DNA of 59,339 bases, counting the filler, from Catajapyx aquilonaris (taxonomy: Eukaryota): NCBI GenBank assembly GCA_000934665.2. It is 4 parts of 4 records of this genome, joined end to end, with 100 filler letters (N's around TTAATTAATTAA, not from the genome) between each part and the next. Parts side by side here need not be neighbours in the genome. Positions count along the whole stretch, not along the records: positions 1 to 14,731 come from JYFJ02007699.1; positions 14,832 to 29,557 come from JYFJ02007700.1; 2 more parts are not named here. The stretch is one strand, 5' to 3'. Positions 14,076-23,113 of the stretch are shown here, one piece after another. How positions within the stretch are numbered: position 1 is the stretch's first letter; each line of letters starts with the position of its first letter. The position numbers and the translations under genes are program-made. The notes beneath the pieces were generated by a model that was not told the DNA's origin, did not search any database, and saw nothing but the letters and a program-made list of their open reading frames with translations.

Positions 14076-14369
14076 CCATTGATTCTCCTCCCTTCTGTGA
14101 TTCTACAGTATAGGTCAAAAAGGCCAACACGTGACCCTGGTAAAATGCGCTTACCGCATTTAAATAATGTCCCTTCAAAAATTCCATAATATTTTTGCAC
14201 ACAGGGGGCAAATTATCTCGAGTATGTTCGGCCAGCTTCGCGAGAGATGGCCTGGATCAAATTTTTGAACTGGCCGGTCCTAACCCTACCCCACCTCTCC
14301 AATTTGTGTCCCCGCTCCGTTTTCCTTCCTCCAAGGCTGCGGTTCTATTGGCCAAAATGCCTACACGTG

Positions 14370-14476
14370 ACGTTTGTCGCCAGCGACCCTGTGCCCGCCG
14401 TCGCGTCGCGTCGTCGCCAGCGACGGGGCACCAAATCGGTCGCTGGGAACGGGATCGCGGATATGTGAATGCACCT
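14370..14476. mobile_element. Harbinger-type terminal/subterminal sequence (single end)
   Basis: Ends ...ATGTGAATGCACCT|TTA, like the Harbinger ends at 4762 and 43050. GTCGC subterminal repeats are present. The partner TIR was not found. Confidence 0.55.
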
Positions 14477-14647
14477 TTATGAGAACTGAGAAGGCGACAA
14501 CTTTGGGGATCAGGCTGAGCAGCAATCGGGTTCAATCTTATTTTAAGTTGTGCTCTTTTTTACTCTGGAATACCTTCCCAAACCCATTCCTGTCCACCCC
14601 CATCCTCACGTTACACAACGAAGGCCACTTTCCAACATACTACTCTG

Positions 14648-14731
14648 CAAGGGGTTAACCACTTCGGTACTCCGACGTATACATCTGCAGTGGTACTCCC
14701 AGGTACTCCTTAGGTACCATACTCTTTGGTA
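14648..14731. mobile_element. Left part of a MITE of the same family as 20063-20195, truncated by the gap
   Basis: CAAGGGGTTAACCACTTCGGTACTCC...CTGCAGTGGTACTC matches 20063 onward. Confidence 0.7.
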
Positions 14732-14831
14732 NNNNNNNNNNNNNNNNNNNNNNNNNNNNNNNNNNNNNNNNNNNNTTAATTAATTAANNNNNNNNNNNNN
14801 NNNNNNNNNNNNNNNNNNNNNNNNNNNNNNN
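14732..14831. other. Assembly gap spacer (44N-TTAATTAATTAA-44N)
   Basis: The identical 100-bp construct occurs three times. Confidence 0.98.
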
Positions 14832-14927
14832 ATTTTTGAAAGACGTAATTAAAGCGATTCGCCGATTTTCGTCAAAATCTGACAACCCAAGGGTCAGGGG
14901 GCTCGGTGAATTGACATGGAATGACCC
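14832..14927. mobile_element. Terminus of a young DNA transposon family (TIR GGGTCATTCCATGTCAA), unclassified
   Basis: 96 bp identical to 44559-44654, ending TTGACATGGAATGACCC. The reverse complement of this end starts the element at 45605. Confidence 0.75.
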
Positions 14928-15446
14928 AGGGGTCCTCCCGGACATGTTTCATGAGCACTGTCTAGGGTCTAGGCGATGTTGGGCTGGATGGCTCCTATTC
15001 TCCCAGATACCCTGGTTTTGATGCAACCATAATCTCCAAGCTAGCTTGATTTTGTTACTTCCATACAATTTCATTACTTTTTTCATCATGGTAAATAGGC
15101 CAACATTTAAAATCGCACATAATTATGTGGTACAAAGGGATTTAGCATGGCCAATTCAGGTAGGTTTCGAAGAATTTGTTCTTGTTGAGGACAAATAAGA
15201 ATCTGGAACAGATTAGCTTTGTACCCAGTGGTTGCGATGAGAGAAAAGTAAAACCAGTCCCTTATTCACAACGTAGCTGACAGCTATTTTGGGTTTTGGG
15301 TAGGCAACTGCTCTAAAACCACTCGAGATAACATAATATTGCATGTTACCGACAAAACTCGCAAACCTGACCAGACCCTTATTGTCTCTCCACTGTCCTT
15401 TGGGCAACAGGAGAAGAAAAGCGGCCGAAATTATGCAAAAATATAT

Positions 15447-16033
15447 GAATGACCCAGAATGGAAAGGTCATAAGTCCATGAGACAAAATTTTACAGGGGA
15501 GACAAAAAACTGAAATGCGGCATTGTAAATTCGTCAAGGTGGTCGGACTCGCGGGAATGTTAATCTTAGTCGACATTGGCATCTTGTTGAGCAGAGTTCG
15601 GTGGAAAACGCGTCATGACAGATTCGTGAGAGCGATTTAAAGGGATGGGACTTACGTCCTTTTCATTCTGAAAGATGGCAGGATGGCAGATTTTTTCATC
15701 CTGCCATCTTTCAGAATGAAAAGGACGTAAGTCCCGTCCCTTTACTTCAACATTTTCCTGAATACATGTAGGTATTTACCGAATAATGACACGATGGACC
15801 AAGTGCATTTTCATTCCGAAGCAGCAATTTCAGCATGGAAAAGGTGTAAGTCTAGATCTTCCCCCTTTGCCATTCTGGAGGCAATTTTGACATGCTAAAA
15901 TATAGCATATGGGTGGGGACTTTCGCACCCTTTCATACTGGATCTTATGCCCTCCATGCTGAAGAGTTTCCTCCCGCAAAAAAGTCATTTTGACCAAAAG
16001 GTGGACTTATGCCCTTTCCATTCTGGGTCATTC
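15447..16033. mobile_element. Non-autonomous TIR element with ATAT TSD (Sola1-like)
   Basis: ATAT|GAATGACCCAGAATGGAAAGGTCATAAGTCCA...TGGACTTATGCCCTTTCCATTCTGGGTCATTC|ATAT. Several internal copies of the GACTTATGCCCTTTCCATTCTG motif. A 4-bp AWWT target fits Sola1; the classification is tentative. Confidence 0.75.
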
Positions 16034-16365
16034 ATATGTATCAAATCGCACCAAGATGTGGGCGAATACGGTTGGACCATGACTAAGGGAGAGTAAATGG
16101 AGTTTGGTTATCTAGCAATGATAAAACAATGTTGCACGTTCAATGGAATGAGGAGACAGCTACGGCGTTGTCAGTTTCAATGTATGGCAGCGGGTTATGG
16201 GCATTTTTGCGGGTAACGAACCAATGCAACGTTAAGACGAATTTTTCTGACGTTCATTGCGATTGGCCAGGCTTGTGGTAAACATTTGAGAATTCCTTTT
16301 TTTATCCATCGAGTTCCACGTCGAGAGTACTGCATTTTGCCATCATTCCAACAGAAATAATTGCA

Positions 16366-16705
16366 CCGTAAATTGGGCCACTTTGTACCAATTTTTGTTT
16401 ATTTTGCTTAATATCTCCCTTATAGCAGTACAGACTTCTTGAGAACACGACGTGCCAAAGCGTGCCAAAGTGACTTGTGGAAAGTAGCCATCTGCTGGCG
16501 GGCTTACAAACTTCGATGTATCACACATTTACCACAAATGTCACCAATGCTCCTTAGTGATTCTGACTGCGCTTATTAGTTATTACATGTAGTTGCATGT
16601 AGTTAGTGTCATTACCTGCCATCTTATGCATTTTTGAAGTACTTGGTACGTGCTTGGACCAAAGTAGCCCCACTAGGATCGAAGTAGCCCCATCTTATCT
16701 TACGG
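16366..16705. mobile_element. Degenerate pogo/Tc1-like MITE
   Basis: CA|CCGTAAATTGGGCCACTTTG at the left and AAGTAGCCCCATCTTATCTTACGG|TA at the right, with duplicated AAGTAGCCCCA subterminal motifs. Confidence 0.55.
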
Positions 16706-18147
16706 TATTAATTCGATAGCGTCAGAGGAGCGAAAACAAACACGGTAACGAACCAACGTTTTTAGGACACGCGACACGGATTTCAGCACCGGGTTACATC
16801 GCATCATTACTCTGCTAATTCTGACTGGTTGTGAGGGCAGTATAGAGATGCTCTAGATCTAGAGTCTAAAGAAGAAAAGTGTGGGGAATCCACTGGTCAC
16901 CTTGCCGTACCGGTATCTGCTTATATTTGCATCGTAGCGCAACAAACCACGCGGAAACGAACCAACAAAAAAGAGTAGCGAATCAACACGTGTGATTTTC
17001 AGCCAATGCAACGTTCAGAACATTTTCTTGGGTAGTGTTTGTGAGCTATTTTATTACTTCAGGACGTATAGAACATGGCACATTGGGACACCTGACGTCA
17101 GAACTCAGTTAATAATCCATATTGATGGCTATGAATTGGCCATTACCTTATTCCATAATGAACTTCGGCATGATGGGCAATATTGGGTCTTCTGAAACAC
17201 CCATGTGCTTGATAATTGTAACAAAGGGAAATAAATAAGGAAAGCAGTATGATCATTAAGCAAGATATTTATCTCTCAATTGAAGTACTAAGTACGCTAC
17301 ATTACCATTGTTAACAATGAGATTATACAAGTGGGCGGAAAATGCAGAATCCAATCTAAAAAAAGATCCTCGAAAATTCATGAATTTACGTTTACATGTG
17401 AAAAATTAAACATTGCCGTTAAAATCAGTAGACTATTTAAAAGAGGAGACGATTGTGCATAAATGTTTTATGGCAATAAATTCACACCAATCATATAGAA
17501 ATTCAATATGTTTAATGTTGAAGTTCCTAATTCCAGATAACACACTTATAAGTTAGTTATATGGAGTGAGTCACGGAAAATTAATGTTTTCAGAAAGAAT
17601 ACATTATTAGCATCAGCATTAGGCAGATCTTAAATCAATAATTGGTTAAGGTCTTACGTGCTCCTGCCTTGTTTAAGTACTTTCATTCCGACCCGGAGGT
17701 CTTACTATCATTTTCTTCCTGAAGGGGATGTTTCTGCTCTTATTTCCCATGCACCAGCAGCTGAGCCCTCGTCGACCATTATTGTTGTGGTAGTCAAGAC
17801 TCAAGAGTGTCTCCAATGAAAACTCAACCTGATAAGGTCAGTGTTCAACGATATTTCAAGTAGGACGGACGGGCACATTCATGCCTCCAATTCATCAGCA
17901 GTTGTGCCATCTTCGACCATGGTTGTGATCGTCAAGAGTGTCTTCAACTTGGTCTTCAATGCAAACTGGACCCAAGATTCGACGAGATTTCAAGTAGGGC
18001 GCATACTTCCAATAATAATAACACTCTCCAGATAGAGCTCGAGCAGGAAGGAGGTGAAGGCGCGAGCTCGCGATAAAGCAAGTTTTTTGTAAGGGTGAGT
18101 CAAACAACCCAATCTAACTTGGCGAGTGGCAATACCGGACAAGTGAT

Positions 18148-18915
18148 ATGGAGTCGAAACAGGACATCCAGAGGATGCTGGACAAGCTGTAAGATGACAT
18201 TACCAGCAGAATCGAGCAGAAGATGGACCAGCCAGTGTCGGAATTGGAAGTGAAGTGGACGGCAACCCTGGGTGCCATACAGCTGAAAACGCAAGAGCTC
18301 TCACAACAGTTAGAAGAAGCAAATCAGGCTGTTCAATCGATGCAGGGGGCCCACATGGAATTGCTGAGGAAAGTGGACGACTTGGAAAACCGCCTAAGGA
18401 GAAACAACTTAATCTTTCATGGCCTTCAATCAACAGAGGTTTTGACGACGTGGGAGCAAGCCGAAAAGACCTTGAGAGAATTCCTAGGCAAGTACAAGCT
18501 GCATGAAAAGTGCAACGAGATAGAATTCCAGCGGGTGCATCTGCTGGGCAAACCGAAAAATGGGGCACCGATAATAGCGACTTTTGTGCGCTTCAAGGAC
18601 CGAGAGATCATCCTAGCAAGAGCCAGAAACCTGAAGGAAAGGACTAGTGAGGTGCAAACAAGGTAATCAAAAGATCCAGAAATGAATCCAAGAGGAAGGG
18701 AGCTGCAAAAGTAGATTGAGGATTATTCTTTGTGTGTAGCAAACGGGACAACGAGGGGTGATCGAGTGGGCCATTATACTTTTTGTGCAGCACAGGGGAG
18801 CTCAGTGATTGACTATGTTATTGTGACGAAAGAATTATGGAAGTGTTTAATAGATTTTAAGGTTGAGGTAAATGTAGGGTCGGACCATTTCCCAATACAT
18901 GCGAATTTAATAATT
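18148..18915 (+). pseudogene. Deleted non-LTR retrotransposon (RTE-X/CR1-group-like): ORF1 coiled-coil/RRM joined to the C-terminal part of an APE endonuclease
   Basis: ORF1 motifs KVDDLENRLRRNNLIFHGL...FQRVHLLGK...PIIATFVRFKDREIILARARNLK. EN motifs SKDPEMNPRGREL...ANGTTRGDRVGHYTF...GSSVIDY...GSDHFPI. In-frame stops are present. Confidence 0.9.
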
Positions 18916-19000
18916 CATACCCCGTTATCAGCCATCGGCTCTTTAGGGGGGAAGTTTGTTTTGCCTGGAACTCTTTGCTTTCATTTTACTGTGCTCTTTG

Positions 19001-19185
19001 GGATAGGATAGGGGCGGAATAAGCGGCTGTGGCCTATTAGTTACGGAAGCAACTCCGGAATTTTCCTGGCAGGACCGTGGGAAACCACAGAAAACCACGG
19101 TCAGTGTTGCCGGCCCCGGGATTTGATCCCAGGACCTCCCGATTAGCAGTCGGACACCATATCCCCTCCTCCAAACTGCTTCGGT
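19001..19185 (-). mobile_element. tRNA-derived SINE, family C
   Basis: The minus strand has a tRNA-like head with B-box-like GGATCAAATCCC, followed by GTGGTTTTCTGTGGTTTCC...CCAGGAAAATTCCGG...TAGGCCACAGCCGC, a body type common in insect SINEs. Confidence 0.75.
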
Positions 19186-19695
19186 GCATATTTCCAATAC
19201 ATCAGCAGTTGTGGCATCCTGCACCATTGTTGTGGTAGTCAAGAATCAAGATGGTATCCAATGTAAACTCAAACCGATAAAATCAGTATTCGACAATATT
19301 TCAAGTAGGACGGACGTGCACATTCATGCCTCCAATTCATCAGCAGTTGTGCCATCTTCGACCATGGTTGTGATAGTCAAGAGTGTCTTCAACTTGGTCT
19401 TCAATGCAAACTGGACACAAGATGGCCAGTGTTCGACGAGATTTCAAGTAGGGCGGACGGGTATTATTTTATTTATTTATTTATTACTATACCCCGTGCT
19501 CAGGTGTTCACTTGTTTTGGGGGACACATGCACACCCATTCCAAATTTTCACAATTACAATTTTGACGGATTTAACACATATTTAGAGATTCCCGGTTAG
19601 TACTGTGCATTGAAAATTTAATTCTTTTGTTTACATTTTGAAAGAAAGCATACAACATACCACATAATATTATATGAATGGAGATATTTCGATTG

Positions 19696-19786
19696 CTACA
19701 CATTTTCATTTTCTTTTGCAAGGGATAACAAAAAATCAAATTTGATTTTTTTGTTATCCCTTGCAAAAGAAAATGAAAATGTGTAG
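19696..19786. repeat. Spacer-less near-perfect palindrome (45/46-bp arms)
   Basis: CTACACATTTTCATTTTCTTTTGCAAGGGATAACAAAAAATCAAA|TTTGATTTTTTTGTTATCCCTTGCAAAAGAAAATGAAAATGTGTAG. It lies inside an older inverted repeat (19650-19693 / 19830-19872). Confidence 0.95.
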
Positions 19787-20062
19787 ATGGGGAGGAGGGG
19801 AGGTTGTATAAATTTATTGTTCTAGGTGTATCGAAATATCTGCATTCATATAATATTATGTGGTATGCTGTTTAACGGTTCTTGCATATTACATCATTCA
19901 CAGAAAACCTCATCATAAAGCTTTATGGATTCTTTTTTTAGGCGTAGGAATCTTGACTTATTTCTTAAATTGCTTAACATTCTAGTCTGTATTATTGGTA
20001 AACCGTAAGTTAGGTATTCTTCTTGTTCAAAGCTATTTTTAATTTCTTTGTAATATTTTGTA

Positions 20063-20195
20063 CAAGGGGGTAATCACTTCGGTATTCCGGTGTACACCTG
20101 CAGTGGTACTCTTCGGTACTCCTTCGGTACTCCTTCGGTACTCCTTGAATTTGGTACTCCGGTGTACACTTTTCAGTCGAGTGATTACCCCCTTG
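20063..20195. mobile_element. MITE with 16-bp TIR and internal GGTACTCC repeats
   Basis: CAAGGGGGTAATCACT...AGTGATTACCCCCTTG; no TSD. Confidence 0.75.
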
Positions 20196-20485
20196 GCAGT
20201 CGGACACCATATCCCCTCCTCCAAACTGCTTCGGTGCATATTTCCAATACATAGCAGTTGTGGCATCCTGCACCATTGTTGTGGTAGTCAAGACTCAAGA
20301 TGGTATCCAATGTAAACTGAACCTGATAAATTCAGTGTTGTACGATATTTCAAGTAGGACGGACGTGCACATTCATGCCTCCAATACATCAGCAGTTGTG
20401 CCATCTTCGATCATGGTTGTGATCGCCAAGAGTGTCTTCAACTTGGTCTTCAACGCAAACTGGACCCAAGAAGGTCAGTGTTCGA

Positions 20486-21661
20486 CGCCATTGTTGATCG
20501 TCGAAGTCATGTGTCTCCAATGTATGGCTGCCCATCCGCCGCGCCCCTCCTTGGATCCGATGGCCGAGGAACAGACGAAGGCTTGCTCCGCCGCACAGCC
20601 TACTCTACTCACTCGATGGACCCTACGAGGTCAGGTAGGACTGCAGCGCTTTGATTCTAAGGTTGGGAGTTAGTTATAGGTTCTCCATCTCTAAAGTTGC
20701 TGGAGAATGTTGCCTCGATTGTTGGTTCCAACTGGTTGCTGCTCACTAAAGAGATTTTTTAGGGGTAAGCCATTGCGATCCTCTCACCCTACCCATTCTT
20801 GGACAGTGCACCACCTTGATCACCACCTTGAAGAATCGTGGGAAACCACAGAAAACCACGGTCAGTGTTGCCGGCCCCGGGATTTGATCCCAGGACCTCC
20901 CGATTAGCAGTCGGACACCATATCCCCTCCTCCAAACTGCTTCGGTGCATATTTCCAATACATCAGCAGTTGTGGCATCCTGCACCATTGTTGTGGTAGT
21001 CAAGGCTCAAGATGGTATCCAATGTAAACTGAACCTGATAAATTCAGTGTTGTACGATATTTCAAGTAGGACGGACGTGCACATATACATGCCTCCAATA
21101 CATCAGCAGTTCCGCCATCCTCGACCATTGTTGTGATCGTCAAGAGGGTCTCCAATGTAAACAAGAATGTGTACGACGAGATTTCAAGAAGGACAGCCGG
21201 GTATGTTCATATTTCTAATACCGGTACATCAGCAATTGAGCCATCCTGGACAATTGTTAATCGTAGTAATGTGTCTCCAACGTGTAAACATTACATCAAC
21301 AGGTGATTCATCCTCGCCATTGTTGATCGTCGAAGTCATGTGTCTCCAATGTATGGCTGCCCATCCGCCGTTACCCCTCCTTGGATCCGATGGCCGAGGA
21401 ACAGACGAAGGCTTGCTCCGCCGCACAGCCTACTCTACTCACTCGATGGACCCTACGAGGTCAGGTAGGAGTCGTAGGACTGCAACGCTTTGATTCTAAG
21501 GTTGGGAGTTAGTTATAGGTTCTCCTTCTCTGAAGTTGCTGGAGAATGTTGCCTCGATTGTTGGTTCCAAGTGGTTGCTGCTCACTAAAGAGATTTTTAG
21601 GGGTAAGCCATTGCGAACCTCTCCCCCTACCCATTCTTGGACAGTGCACCACCTTGATCAC
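20486..21661. repeat. Direct duplication of a ~340-bp segment (20486-20823 and 21315-21661)
   Basis: Near-identical sequence from CGCCATTGTTGATCGTCGAAG to CACCACCTTGATCAC. Confidence 0.93.
20837..20946 (-). mobile_element. SINE family C 5' part (duplicate of ~19076-19185)
   Basis: Matches the 19001-19185 copy, including the junction with the tandem unit. Confidence 0.78.
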
Positions 21662-22850
21662 TGGACACAATGCAGAGAACACCATTCCATTATTTTCTTC
21701 TACGAGAATAATTTTGTTTACAACAATAGCATTGTAACACTTCAAGTCACCTACGAAAAGGGTCTATCCTGCAATGTTTTCACGAGGCACTGATGCACTT
21801 ATTGCTCTACACAGCAGTATCTACACCTGGTAATTTATTATAATGGGATCCTCTAGCACGATGGTGCATAAGTGGAGACAAAAGAAACGGATCGCGAAGA
21901 GAACTGATTGTGCTGAGTCGGAGAGAAGAATGAGTACAACTTGATGAGGTGTACTGCCAGGCTATACTCATCAGCCTCAACACAATAACTTAGCAGGCCT
22001 TATTATAGGGTAAGGCATCATTATAGGGTAAACCTATATACACGGTGCATGTTAAGGCGAATAAGAGGCGAGTGAATATTTTTGGCTGGAGGCCGAATGT
22101 GCGAAAGGCCTTCTTCTGTACATCCTTTCAAAGACATGTCTCATCGCGTCTCTATACAAATTTCAAAGCATCATACGACCGTACGTCATTGTCCGGCAAA
22201 AATATCAGTATGGAATAGGGACATATTTAAATGGACCTGCTCAGATTATCACAAAATAATGTTATCATCGTCTCTGTTCATCCCATTTGACATGCCCAAC
22301 TGCCCAACATATTCCAAAGCATAATAACTGCGCAAAATCTTGTCCCGAAATAAGACCAAATGGAATAGCGACATAAAAATGGAACTGCACAATTACCACC
22401 AATAAAAATATTTCAAGCGTAGGATAAGGGCAGCCATAGAGGACAAAATGATATCGAACATTAAGACCATGGGTTTTATGCGATTAATAACAAAATCAAG
22501 AGACGCACTGGGGGATTAAATGATCTGATAATTATTCGGACGACTTCTAAGGGGCAATTTACTTCTGCTGGGCGATCATGGTATTTTTGCAGACCCTTAT
22601 CATGCTAAGCCAATTTTGGGCTCCACATTATCCCCGACGACCTAGTCTGAGGTAGCATGCGACTATTATTTTCTGGTCCATTTTAGAACAACGTATTGCT
22701 CAGTCAGTAAGGCTGTACAGGTATAAACTAAACTAACCCTTGCGAGACATTCTGATGACAACCCACGGTTGAGGTGTGTGTGTATATGTGGCAACCGTGG
22801 TTTTAGAATACTCAGGTTAGGTCACTCCCACCTACCCCCTGCCGTGGCGC

Positions 22851-23113
22851 TTTGCAGGGGGTGCTCACCTGAGAGCGCCATGAGACATCTCAGAGCTGGA
22901 TTATGTGGCGACCCTACCGGACTACGCTGAACTTTATAGGTACAAAAGGGAAGCGCTACATATTGGCCCAACATGGCCCCGCCGATCATGTTGGGTCCCC
23001 CAATGTAGCACTTCCCTTTCGTACCTATAAAGTTCAGCGTAGTCCGGTAGGGTCGCCACATAGTCCAGCTCTGAGATGTCTCATCGCGCTCACAGGTGAG
23101 CATCCCCTGCAAA
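22851..23113. repeat. 263-bp hairpin (~125-bp arms, 11-nt loop), no TSD
   Basis: 22851-22975 is the reverse complement of 22987-23113, with about six substitutions plus small indels near the loop. Confidence 0.95.

Larger units (their letters stand above)
17750..21360 (-). repeat. Interrupted tandem array of ~125-140-bp units (about 10 copies) with higher-order duplication
   Basis: The unit anchor CATCAGCAG.T or a variant occurs at 17752, 17893, 19200, 19338, 20250, 20387, 20961, 21101, 21227 and 21294. A SINE-junction-plus-two-unit block is repeated three times. Confidence 0.9.

Noticed and set aside
14776..14787. TTAATTAATTAA motif repeated three times
   Set aside because: Always centred in 44N+44N, so an artificial all-frame-stop spacer.
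19200..21231. Conserved Cys-TGA in array units read as selenocysteine
   Set aside because: Read-through hits another TGA within about 12 codons, and no SECIS-like element was recognised.
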